64,000 nucleotides of DNA, from positions 1 to 64,000 of IMG/VR virus record IMGVR_UViG_3300049719_000158. One strand, 5' to 3'. Both the position numbers and the translations under genes were made by a program. This document shows, in pieces, positions 52,509 to 61,670 of this stretch (positions are counted from its first letter, which is position 1; every line of letters begins with the position of its first letter). The notes beneath the pieces are model-generated. The model saw nothing but the letters and a program-made list of their open reading frames with translations. It was not told where the DNA came from and made no database searches. Source of the stretch: a virus.

Positions 52509-53794
52509 ATTATATTCAAGAACTGTTCAAAAGAAGTTTCGTTATCAATAATACGAATAAAATTTAAATCTTGTAGTTTAAACCATTCGTTTTGTTGCAA
52601 GTCACGTTGCATTGTGTCAAATATAACCTTATCTCTTGGCTTTTTAAACTCTTTAATTTCATCAATTGATCTGTTCAACCCATGCCAATACGTTCCATCA
52701 AATTGGACGTATGTATCAATTGATTTTATATAAAAATCTATTGCCCAACCGTTAACATTTTGTTGACGTACTACGTCGTCAATACTGAATAGTGAAACTA
52801 AAAATTCGTAAAATCTATCTTCAGATTTAGACTTACCATATGAACCATTTTTCTTCATTGTTTGATGAATTTTTTCTTGAATTTCAGGACGCTTCAACTC
52901 TTCACTAATTTTTGCACGAACTTCAGGTAATTTTGAAAGGTTATCAACGCCAAATTTCTCAATCCAAGAATTCACACAGTCTTTTCTATCACCTGCCCAA
53001 TTGTGTTCATAACCGTGTCTAACAAGATTTATTTGACGTATCTTTTCTTGAATTACTGGTGAAGCGTACACATTTTCAACGCCATAACGTTCAATGTTAG
53101 TTTCCTTGATGTGTTCTCGCACTATCGTTGAGCCAATTGCATACTCACAACCATAACGCTCGAGATTTGTCTTGGTTCTACTAATTTTTGCTTTTTCTTT
53201 TATACTTTCGACCTTATTTGGACTTGAAACGCCATAATTTTTCATGTACGTTTCAACTGCTTTTGCTTTCACTACGGGTGACGACGAAGCGTGTTCGTAC
53301 CCATACTTCTCCATGCAAAATTCTTTTTTCTGTAACAATGCACGTTGGTGATGAACGCGTCCACAGTAAACTACACCCGTAGACGTATGAGAAAACTTTC
53401 CAAAATCTTTATCAATCCAATCGCAACCAGTGCCGGGATTGACATATGTTTCTTCAACGAGCTTTATTAGATCACCATACTTTTCAAGTAACAGCTGTTT
53501 TATTTTTAAAATGTCTCTTTCACGTTTTTCTTTTGCTTTTCGCTCTTTGTGATAAAAACCCTCAAAAAAATGATCAAGTCGTTGTGTAAATCTTCCAAAT
53601 TCAATGTCAATGAAATCACATTTTGATTTTAGACCTGAAAATGTGTTGTCAACTATCGTAACCGTATTTCCAAACTTTGCAAAAATTGCTTCTTTTACAA
53701 GTTTTAACTTTTCTTCTTTTGACTTACGTTTCATCACCAAACCTAAAAAACACACCTTCCAAAGAACCACTTTCACCAAGTGAAAACGAACCAC
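52496..53794 (-). CDS. Vsr-like homing endonuclease with ETNxERYG repeats (intact), lying between the dnaE halves
   Basis: Repeated KxTNxERYGxE; SKSE...IDFY...QFDGTYWH...RD..QN; likely start ATG at 53734. Confidence 0.85.
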   Translation of the reverse strand: MVRFHLVKVVLWKVCFLGLVMKRKSKEEKLKLVKEAIFAKFGNTVTIVDNTFSGLKSKCDFIDIEFGRFTQRLDHFFEGFYHKERKAKEKRERDILKIKQLLLEKYGDLIKLVEETYVNPGTGCDWIDKDFGKFSHTSTGVVYCGRVHHQRALLQKKEFCMEKYGYEHASSSPVVKAKAVETYMKNYGVSSPNKVESIKEKAKISRTKTNLERYGCEYAIGSTIVREHIKETNIERYGVENVYASPVIQEKIRQINLVRHGYEHNWAGDRKDCVNSWIEKFGVDNLSKLPEVRAKISEELKRPEIQEKIHQTMKKNGSYGKSKSEDRFYEFLVSLFSIDDVVRQQNVNGWAIDFYIKSIDTYVQFDGTYWHGLNRSIDEIKEFKKPRDKVIFDTMQRDLQQNEWFKLQDLNFIRIIDNETSFEQFLNIICQK

Positions 53795-53896
53795 TTGATG
53801 TCATCTTGAATAAGTCTGCTGAAACTTTATCATTATTTGTAGTTGTGTCAATAGGACATATTGTGAAGTTTAAATTTTTATCATCTTTTGTCATAA

Positions 53897-56650
53897 TCAC
53901 ATTTTTTCTATTGGTATCACTACGTCGTCACTAATTTTTAATTCCCGTACAAAGACGTATTGACCATTTGTTAACTTAACTTTGTCATTCTTATTTAATT
54001 TATAATTTATTCCATCAATACACACATTTACAAGTTCGTTTTCTAAAATTAAACTAATGCTATTTTCTATTAGACGCAAAGTGGATAGCCCGAGGATATC
54101 CATTTTTATCCACTGTGCAATTTTTTCTAACTCCTTAACATTCATACCTTCGGTCCATGGACTTTGCGGTTCTCCTCCTGACATTATGAGTGGCATCTGC
54201 TTCGCAATGTCGTCCGCAATCAACACGCCACCTGCGTGTCTTGACAAGCTCTTGTTTTGCTTGAACAAGATCTTCATCGAAGCTCCAATTTCTGGATGTG
54301 CCTCGATGAAATCCCTGAACGACTTGCTATATTCCATTGCAGCATCATAGGTTAACACAAACAAATTCTTGTCATCACCTTCTTTTAAGGTTGCCTTTCT
54401 TACTTCGTGTTCAACGGATGCAGTGGCCCTGTTCGCCTCTTCAAAGGGAATGCCATAGAACTTGCTCAAGTCTTTGATCAGCGATTTAACTTTGAGCAAG
54501 TTATAATTACTGATAGGAATTACATTCGTGTTTCCAAACTCTTTGCGCAATACATCTAAAACCTTGTCGCGGTCGCCGATATCGGTGTCAATATCCGCCA
54601 TGCCTTGGCGATATTTACTCAGGAATCTGGAAAACGGTAACTTCCATCTAATTGGATCAAGTTCGGTGATGTACAAAACGTAATTAACCAAACTTCCCCC
54701 GCCTGATCCTCTCGCAGGTCCTACAAGGGTGACTTCACGAGCGAGTTCTATCACTTTTTGGTATGTGATGAAGTACTCGGCCATGTTCAGAAACTCAATT
54801 ACTTCAAGTTCCTCCTTGATCCTCTCTACGTACTCCCGCTTTCCCTTTAGCCCGCGCTTCTTTAGCCCTTCGATGCATAAATACGACAGGTGTTCTATCG
54901 GCGTCCTATCCTTTGGCACAAGCTTCTTCGGAAGCTTTATCGTCCTGTCGGGCTGCACGTCACCTATCTCTTCAAATGCTATATCGTGGCCTCGTTCTAC
55001 AGCATCGCAGACGAGATCATCAATGCTATCGTCGTATAAATCAGAGCGCTGCTTTGCTTTTTTATACTCCTCCCAGATTTGTAAATGATTCTTAGGATAA
55101 AGCTCGCACTTTAATTCCTCTCTCGACTTCGGCAAGAGATCAGGAGAGTACATGTCAAAGCTGACGTACGCGAGCTTCTTGTAGATCTCCCGTTCACGCC
55201 AGACGTCAGGGTTGTAGTAGTGCGCATCGCAGGTGACCAGGAGTTTATTAGTCAACCCATTTCTCTTGGCAAACTCGATCAAAGACAAGTTGATGATGTC
55301 CTGCGCGGCGAGCTTGTTGAACTGTAGCTCAAGGTACGTGTCTCCCTTACCGAACATGTCAACGAGCATCTCGTATGCATTGCCAACGGCATTGACGCAG
55401 TTTTCTTTGGTCTGCTTGTTACGAAGCAAGTTGACATCGAGCTCGTCGAACTTGTACTGTTCAAGGAGCTTGAAGATGTTGTAGCCCGGGAGACCTGAGA
55501 TACAATTGTGTACCAAGATGTCATCAGCAAAGAAGTTGTGGGTGTCAACGACTTCAATGTCATAGACGTCTGAATTGCCACAAGGATTTACCGTTTCAAT
55601 TTCAATGAACTCAACTGCGTCGTTGTCTTTGTATGCCTTTACACCTTGATGATGAAACCACTCAACGTATTGAGCACAATGTCGAGCGTGATTATGAGGA
55701 ACGCGACAAGTGCAGTAATTCTTGTATGTTTCAAGTCGATAGAGAATTTTGTCATCATGCCAAAGTTTTCCTGCCTCGACCCATCCACGTTTGGTGAACA
55801 ACCTGTGATCTGCAGTGAGTTTTATTTTTGCTCCGTTCATCAAGCACACTTCGACGATGGGCGTGTTGTAACGCGTCTTGTCTCCCCATGTCACCCGTCT
55901 GTGAACAATTTCATGCTTGTCTTCGTCCCAAGACATGACGTCTATTCGTTCGTTGTTCTTGTAAATTTTGACGACTTCTTCGATCGTGATCTTACCACGA
56001 TCAGTCCAAATCATCGTGTCAGGGTGCAGGCACGCCGTGCTCGCCAACACGTTGCCACGCGTCAAAGTCTCCTTGACCATCTTCACGTCGATGCGGGGAA
56101 ACCTATACAAACCCTCGAGAAAGCTTCTCGATGTCAGGTGAAACAACTCTTGCAGGCCCTGCGAGTTCTTTGGCAACAGAACAAGGTGGTGACGTCGGTT
56201 GACCGGGTTGAAGTGCTTTGTAGACTTGCTTTCGTCCTCGTTCTCAATGACAATTGCTGAAGACGTGTCAATGTCGACGATGTCATCGGAGCTGGAACGA
56301 GTGATGTTGAGCTGAGTCTCGACGGGAGTGCGGGATTTCTTTTTTAATCCTGCCTTTTCATCGTCGTGTTGAAGCTTGTCGAGCTTCCATTGTTCTAAGT
56401 CGGGGTGGAAATAAGCCTCGATGCCAGGGAGGTAGCGGAATTCTTTGCCTGACTTGTGCCAGCCTTCGACAAGAAGCTGGGAGCGGGCGTAACCCGACAT
56501 GTTCCCGTGATCCGTAAGAGCATGTCCACTTATTCCGTTCTCAATGCAAAAGGAAAAAATATCATCAGGATACCCAAGCGCGTCATTGCACGAAAAATTA
56601 CTATGGTTGTGAAGCGAAATATACTTTTGAGGAGTTTTTTCTGACATCAT
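53897..56650 (-). CDS. dnaE: DNA polymerase III alpha, N-terminal part (PHP + palm), containing a mini-intein
   Basis: LHNHS, LTDHG, GIEAY, TCDAHY, GPARGSGGGSLV, DIDTD, RHAGG, KMDILGL. Confidence 0.95.
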   Translation of the reverse strand: MMSEKTPQKYISLHNHSNFSCNDALGYPDDIFSFCIENGISGHALTDHGNMSGYARSQLLVEGWHKSGKEFRYLPGIEAYFHPDLEQWKLDKLQHDDEKAGLKKKSRTPVETQLNITRSSSDDIVDIDTSSAIVIENEDESKSTKHFNPVNRRHHLVLLPKNSQGLQELFHLTSRSFLEGLYRFPRIDVKMVKETLTRGNVLASTACLHPDTMIWTDRGKITIEEVVKIYKNNERIDVMSWDEDKHEIVHRRVTWGDKTRYNTPIVEVCLMNGAKIKLTADHRLFTKRGWVEAGKLWHDDKILYRLETYKNYCTCRVPHNHARHCAQYVEWFHHQGVKAYKDNDAVEFIEIETVNPCGNSDVYDIEVVDTHNFFADDILVHNCISGLPGYNIFKLLEQYKFDELDVNLLRNKQTKENCVNAVGNAYEMLVDMFGKGDTYLELQFNKLAAQDIINLSLIEFAKRNGLTNKLLVTCDAHYYNPDVWREREIYKKLAYVSFDMYSPDLLPKSREELKCELYPKNHLQIWEEYKKAKQRSDLYDDSIDDLVCDAVERGHDIAFEEIGDVQPDRTIKLPKKLVPKDRTPIEHLSYLCIEGLKKRGLKGKREYVERIKEELEVIEFLNMAEYFITYQKVIELAREVTLVGPARGSGGGSLVNYVLYITELDPIRWKLPFSRFLSKYRQGMADIDTDIGDRDKVLDVLRKEFGNTNVIPISNYNLLKVKSLIKDLSKFYGIPFEEANRATASVEHEVRKATLKEGDDKNLFVLTYDAAMEYSKSFRDFIEAHPEIGASMKILFKQNKSLSRHAGGVLIADDIAKQMPLIMSGGEPQSPWTEGMNVKELEKIAQWIKMDILGLSTLRLIENSISLILENELVNVCIDGINYKLNKNDKVKLTNGQYVFVRELKISDDVVIPIEKM
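55505..56032 (-). mobile_element. Mini-intein (176 aa) at TA|CISG of the PHP domain
   Basis: CLHPDT start, LTADH block B, VYDIEV..THNFFA..ILVHN|C end. Confidence 0.92.
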
Positions 56651-57006
56651 TTACCTTCCCAAGTCGGGATCAACTTCCTATATTTTACCTTAAATTCACC
56701 ATATTGTTTACCCTCAATTAAGATTATTTTAATCTCCGGGAATAATTTTGGCATCAGTTCAATTTGATTTCTTGACCTGTCATTCATTCTACCCTTAAGC
56801 TCATACCACACATTGTCTTCACTAACATAAAAATCGGGAGTGTACGTTAGATTGTTTGCCAAACGAAAAGTTCTTGGCTCGTATTCCCACGTTTTATTCT
56901 CGTAATTCAAAATTCTTGCAAAATTTGCTTCCCAATTTGAGCGACAGGTCTTCCCAAATTTCTTGGACTGCAACACGTAGCCAAAATCTTTAACTAAACT
57001 CTTCAC
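56647..57006 (-). CDS. PD-(D/E)xK endonuclease
   Basis: RSNWEAN...YEP...YTPDFY...ELKG. Confidence 0.8.
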   Translation of the reverse strand: MKSLVKDFGYVLQSKKFGKTCRSNWEANFARILNYENKTWEYEPRTFRLANNLTYTPDFYVSEDNVWYELKGRMNDRSRNQIELMPKLFPEIKIILIEGKQYGEFKVKYRKLIPTWEGK

Positions 57007-57416
57007 AAGTCAGCTGAGCCAAGGCCGTCCCCATCGCAAACTGACCATTCCCGGGCGGTCTGTTTCACTTCATCGGCCTGCTCTGCAATGTCATCGTCCA
57101 ATTGCTTTAGTGCAGCACGCCTAAATGTTGGTAAGAACTCAAGAATATTGAACGCTGTTCGTCTAAAGCGGGCGAGGTCTTCCAAGGGGCAAGGTGCGAC
57201 GGATGTACTACATATGCGTTTAAACGTGTCAATGATTACGTCATTGTCCACACTCTCTTTTGCCAGCTCACACACCTCAAAAAACGTTGCAATTTCGTCT
57301 TCGTTCAAACACGCAGTGATGTCTGTTCGACGCATGATTTCGTTCTTGATATTGTCAATTTGTGACTGTGTTAGCATGATGAAATCCAAACTTTCGTAAA
57401 TCCCGTCAATTGACAC
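57003..57416 (-). CDS. Hypothetical protein
   Basis: 137 aa ORF, operonic. Confidence 0.6.
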   Translation of the reverse strand: MSIDGIYESLDFIMLTQSQIDNIKNEIMRRTDITACLNEDEIATFFEVCELAKESVDNDVIIDTFKRICSTSVAPCPLEDLARFRRTAFNILEFLPTFRRAALKQLDDDIAEQADEVKQTAREWSVCDGDGLGSADL

Positions 57417-57554
57417 GAAGCAACGTACTTAATCACAAATCCTTCGAGCCATGAAACACACACGATGTCATGCGACCCAACACGGAGACAAAAGTTCTTT
57501 TCTCCCTCAACGAACTTGCGTCCAGTCAACATTCGTGCGGTGTCTAATGGCGTT

Positions 57555-58112
57555 TCAATCATGATTGCACACGTACTCGTACAGTTCGTTCATGCCATTT
57601 TCATCAGGCGTTATTATAAGTTCTTGTCGCATGCATATTCTGTTATAAAATAAGTCTTTGTCAATTTCGAGCGCTTGACTTTCACTTTCGTACCTGTCTT
57701 CGCTCACGTACTTGTGCACACGTCGCAGTATTGCGTTGACGTGAACGTGTCCTTCGTCCTGAGCCTGCTTGTAAAACGCATTGATCATCATCTCAACTGA
57801 ATTCGCAACTTCAACGCTGCAGTACTTTCTTGCGTATGCTAAGTTCAACAGCACCGGTGAGTCCGTGATCACGTAGTCGACTTTGCCATACAACATGCTC
57901 TCTCGACGAATTCCCTCGCCCAAGAAATACAATTGATCAAACTTTCCAACGGTTTTGCCGTCATAAAGCCAGTCTTTGACACACTCACGAACAAGCTCAG
58001 CGCTTTTGCCGTTTTTCTTGAAGACGTAGTAAAGGTACGCTGCACACGTAGACTTGCCGATTGATGGGCCACCGCACAGGTTCACGATCGTAGTCATTTC
58101 ATCGCCTCCCAC
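57555..58112 (-). CDS. P-loop NTPase/kinase (AAA_28/NadR-like)
   Basis: GGPSIGKST, ITDSP, R.ES..QA.EID. Confidence 0.8.
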   Translation of the reverse strand: MGGDEMTTIVNLCGGPSIGKSTCAAYLYYVFKKNGKSAELVRECVKDWLYDGKTVGKFDQLYFLGEGIRRESMLYGKVDYVITDSPVLLNLAYARKYCSVEVANSVEMMINAFYKQAQDEGHVHVNAILRRVHKYVSEDRYESESQALEIDKDLFYNRICMRQELIITPDENGMNELYEYVCNHD

Positions 58113-59086
58113 ATGCTTCTCACGGCGTCTTCAAGAGTTCGCTTTGCTTTCCACCCAAGAAAAGTATATGCACTGTGAGGGTTTGCGTATACTGTTGCAG
58201 GATCACCTGGTTTTCGTGGCCCGACTTCAAATGTTATTGTCTTGTTAGTAACTCGTTGAACGATGTCAATCGCCTCAAGTATGCTACAACCTTGCCCTGT
58301 GCCGAGATTATATACGACGTTAGCAAGTCCTTGACATCGTGGCATATAATTCATTGCTTCAACGTGAGCATCAACGATGTCTTCGACGTGAACGTAATCT
58401 CTTATACATGTTCCATCTTTCGTGTCATAGTCGATGCCATTAATCACAAATTTTTCTTTTGCTCCCGTTGCGACGTCAAGCAAAGCCGTAAACAGTCGTC
58501 GTTCGTTTGGATCTGCCGCGCCAAGAAATCCATTCTTCCCAACGCCCACTACGTTGAAGTATCTGAACATCGTTGCAGAAAATCGTGGATTAGACTTTAC
58601 AAAGTCATTGATCACCTGTTCACACATTAGCTTCGACGTACCGTACGGGTTTTCAGGGTGCTGAGGCGTGTGTTCATCAACTGGCACAATTTGTGGCTGC
58701 CCATACGTCGCGCAGGTGGAGCTGAAAATCAGATTGTAACAACCTGCCGCTTGCATTGCACGCAACAACGTCATCGTTCCACCAACGTTGTTGTCGTAAT
58801 AGTTCAATGGAAAATCGACGCTCTCTTTCACAAGAGCCAACGCAGCAAAGTGCATCACGCAGTCGACGTTGTTTTGCTCTAAAATTCTGTACAACCACAC
58901 GTCGTTCGAATCACGATCAAGTCGTAAATCGTATTTCTCAAACTTTGCTCGTGGATCGACCGCATGAATGTCACCACGAGACAAGTTGTCGATCGCAACG
59001 ACGTTGTGTCCCAAGTCACACAATCGCTTGGCTGCATGACTTCCGATGTAACCTGCACACCCTGTGACAGCGATGTTTTTCTTCAT
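58094..59086 (-). CDS. galE: UDP-sugar 4-epimerase (GalE or UDP-xylose/arabinose epimerase type)
   Basis: GCAGYIGSH, MHFAA..VKESV..PL.YY.NN, SSTCATYG, YGTSK, RYFN, DGTCIRDYVHV. Confidence 0.88.
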   Translation of the reverse strand: MKKNIAVTGCAGYIGSHAAKRLCDLGHNVVAIDNLSRGDIHAVDPRAKFEKYDLRLDRDSNDVWLYRILEQNNVDCVMHFAALALVKESVDFPLNYYDNNVGGTMTLLRAMQAAGCYNLIFSSTCATYGQPQIVPVDEHTPQHPENPYGTSKLMCEQVINDFVKSNPRFSATMFRYFNVVGVGKNGFLGAADPNERRLFTALLDVATGAKEKFVINGIDYDTKDGTCIRDYVHVEDIVDAHVEAMNYMPRCQGLANVVYNLGTGQGCSILEAIDIVQRVTNKTITFEVGPRKPGDPATVYANPHSAYTFLGWKAKRTLEDAVRSMWEAMK

Positions 59087-59510
59087 TTCAATTCACCACA
59101 AAGTTATTGAGCGCCACAAACTCTTTCTCTGACACGACGACTGCGCGCTGGGCACCAATTTTATCAATGAATGGCGTGTCTAACAAAACGACGTACATGA
59201 AAATGTTACTTGTCACATTTCGTGCACCCACGACTTCACCCTTGCCAAAATCATGTGTCACAACTCGAGAACCAATATTCACCATGTAATCATAGTAACA
59301 TAAATCGTCAACAATTACACAATTCTCGACCATTCTTCGTTGTAACACATTGTCGCCGGATCGAACATTCCCACAAAGTACGGGTAATAGTCATCAGTGT
59401 TTTTGGTACCCACGCTAATACTTCAAGATCAAGGTAGATATCTAACGAACATTTGTATATATTCATTTACTTTACGTGTAAAACAAAATCTGGAAAGTTC
59501 ATTTTAACAC

Positions 59511-59975
59511 TTAATAATCCGAATTTATACGCGCACAGTTAATGAACCCTTTTTTCATGTACGCATCATAAAACTCTTCAGGTGTAAAGCCTGCAAAAAT
59601 TACACTTTCCAAAAGATAGTGCTGCGCATCGCACATTTCTTCAAGAAGATGTGCACGATCTAATTTTCCAACAACTGTTTTTCTATGCGCTTTTGCGTCT
59701 GAAAGTGCAGCTATTGCTTCGAAAATTTCTTCTGCACACTCGTGTAAATATTGCTTGACAACGCGCTGACCAGCTTTTGTTTCCATGTCAACAGGAAACT
59801 TTACCTGTCCACGCTTCTCTTGTAGTAGCAACATAAAATCTTTTTGTTGCTGCCACATTTCGTTTAACATATTATCATACTGTGATTCAAGACAACACAC
59901 ACTTGAACGCTTTGTAGTAATAACAACATGTTTACGTTTAAAACACGACTTTATTTTCTGAAATAAAGTCATCAC
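59511..59975 (-). CDS. All-alpha dCTPase/dUTPase (T4 gp56/dUTPase_2-like)
   Basis: EEIFEA...LEEMCD..HY...Y.KK..IN.AR...DY. Confidence 0.75.
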   Translation of the reverse strand: MMTLFQKIKSCFKRKHVVITTKRSSVCCLESQYDNMLNEMWQQQKDFMLLLQEKRGQVKFPVDMETKAGQRVVKQYLHECAEEIFEAIAALSDAKAHRKTVVGKLDRAHLLEEMCDAQHYLLESVIFAGFTPEEFYDAYMKKGFINCARINSDY

Positions 59976-60226
59976 AACTCCGTGATGATGCTTGAACCCA
60001 TCTTTTGTGACTTCAGCTCTTCTGCACGCTTCAATAACTCATCGTACTCACGCTTGACATTCTGTTCATATTCAGGCGTCAACACGAGCTTGTTCGTGTC
60101 AAACTCATCAGGCGTGAGTTCAATGAGACGCATCGCATCGCTACAATCGCGTGCGAGTAACAGACTTTCTTGAATTATGTTGACAATACGCGCAAGAACA
60201 CTGTCTGATAACTTGTACTTTTCCAT
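59972..60226 (-). CDS. Hypothetical protein
   Basis: AGGAG RBS, 84 aa. Confidence 0.7.
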   Translation of the reverse strand: MEKYKLSDSVLARIVNIIQESLLLARDCSDAMRLIELTPDEFDTNKLVLTPEYEQNVKREYDELLKRAEELKSQKMGSSIITEL

Positions 60227-60544
60227 GTAATCTCCTGTGCTAAAAATATATTCACTCGCTCAAACTTTGTTTCAAATTGTTTTCACTCGAGTTGAAACCT
60301 GATCAAGTTCAACGTTCTTGTGATGTGCACCCGCGCTGACGCAACGTTGAATGTAATTCACTTTTTCTTCTTGTGTCACGACGAACTCAACGATTGCTGG
60401 ACCATATGACGGCTCGTACACGATCGCAGGCGTAAGTCCAGCGTCAATTAACTGCTTCACGATCGGGTGATTGATCTGAATTGAAAACGTTGTCTTGCAG
60501 AAATTCGATACATCAGTCATTTGATTTTTCCTTTCGCGTTATCT

Positions 60545-61171
60545 TTACAATAATCTAACAAGTTTGTCGTGTTCAAGATGAATGGCGCTGCCTCGCAAAA
60601 GATGCATGACACGTTTGTGCACGTGTTCTTTTGTTCCAGATGACTTCACCAAACACGCACTTACGTCTTTCAACGCCCACTCAACGTAGCCATCGTTCAC
60701 TCGCTTCTGCATCGCATCATCGAGCTCGTATGTGTCTTTCAGCGGTCGAGAGCTCCTGTATGGCTCACCGTGTAACACGATTGTCACGTCAGGTTTCTTT
60801 AGACACTTATACAGTAACTTACTTAAAAACTTGTTTGCACCGTCTGCGTTGCCGTAGATCAACCCGCTTAGAGCCCACCTGTCGAGAACAACGACGTCGT
60901 GTGTCTGAAGAAGCTCACGCAATGCGTTGACATGAAACAAAATGCGATTTAAAAATTGCAGCGTTTGAAACAGATTTTTGCACCGCTTTGCGAGCCCATT
61001 GTCCAACGCAAAGCGTGTGAACCAAAAGAACGCGTCTGAATTTCTGATTGGCTCGGCGTACGCCGTAGTTATGTCAACAGAATTCAACTTCTCAACGAGA
61101 CGCTTCGCCTGGTACGACTTGCCTTGCATGTCAGACGCCTCAAACACGATGAGCAACGCTCGTTTTCTCAT
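60545..61171 (-). CDS. tmk: Thymidylate kinase
   Basis: IVFE.SD.QGKSYQ, LDRW..S..YG, KPD. Confidence 0.85.
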   Translation of the reverse strand: MRKRALLIVFEASDMQGKSYQAKRLVEKLNSVDITTAYAEPIRNSDAFFWFTRFALDNGLAKRCKNLFQTLQFLNRILFHVNALRELLQTHDVVVLDRWALSGLIYGNADGANKFLSKLLYKCLKKPDVTIVLHGEPYRSSRPLKDTYELDDAMQKRVNDGYVEWALKDVSACLVKSSGTKEHVHKRVMHLLRGSAIHLEHDKLVRLL

Positions 61172-61283
61172 GGTTTAAAGAAATTAAAACACAAACGTGA
61201 AGATGTTCAAGAATTCTTTTCAAGAGGGCATGTGAGTGATGGGATCACAGTCAGACGCGTATCGCCAGATGAAACCACCTGAT

Positions 61284-61649
61284 TTACTTCTCGTACCAAT
61301 CTTGCGTTTCAGGATTATACGTCGCAAGTTCAACACGTGGATCACATTCTAACGCAACGACTAACTTATCGCCTTCTCTGAAGAATGCTGAGCGCTTTTT
61401 AATCACAAATGGATCATTTGAAAGTTCAGGAGCAATTTCGCCTGCAACTTCACACCACGCTGTAACACTTCCTGGATAACGTTTTTCCGCTTCCCACGAC
61501 GTCAATTCTTCATTTTCATCAGGAACAAATGAAGTGTTGAATTGTTTTTTGCCACCACGCGCAGGACGAAGTTTACCTGTAGGTGTATCAAAACGTTCAT
61601 TCAGTGCATTTCGAATTTCTTTGCGAAGTTGTTCAAGCGTGAGTTTCAT
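61284..61649 (-). CDS. Protein with MKLTLEQLRKEIRNALNE leader
   Basis: Shared motif; TAATTA upstream. Confidence 0.75.
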   Translation of the reverse strand: MKLTLEQLRKEIRNALNERFDTPTGKLRPARGGKKQFNTSFVPDENEELTSWEAEKRYPGSVTAWCEVAGEIAPELSNDPFVIKKRSAFFREGDKLVVALECDPRVELATYNPETQDWYEK

Positions 61650-61670
61650 AAAATTAATTATTCTCCCGTT

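Noticed and set aside
52496-53900. Group I intron rejoining the dnaE halves
   Set aside because: The interval is almost fully occupied by ORFs and I see no P7 or other core elements; not formally excluded without RT-PCR or cmscan.
52470-54040. Functional trans-splicing split intein
   Set aside because: There is no block A or TxxH in the N-tail and no terminal His/Ser-Asn plus nucleophile in the C-half head.
61200-61283. Possible riboswitch or ribozyme upstream of tmk
   Set aside because: Only a short GTGAT/ATCAC hairpin is visible; no recognisable consensus.
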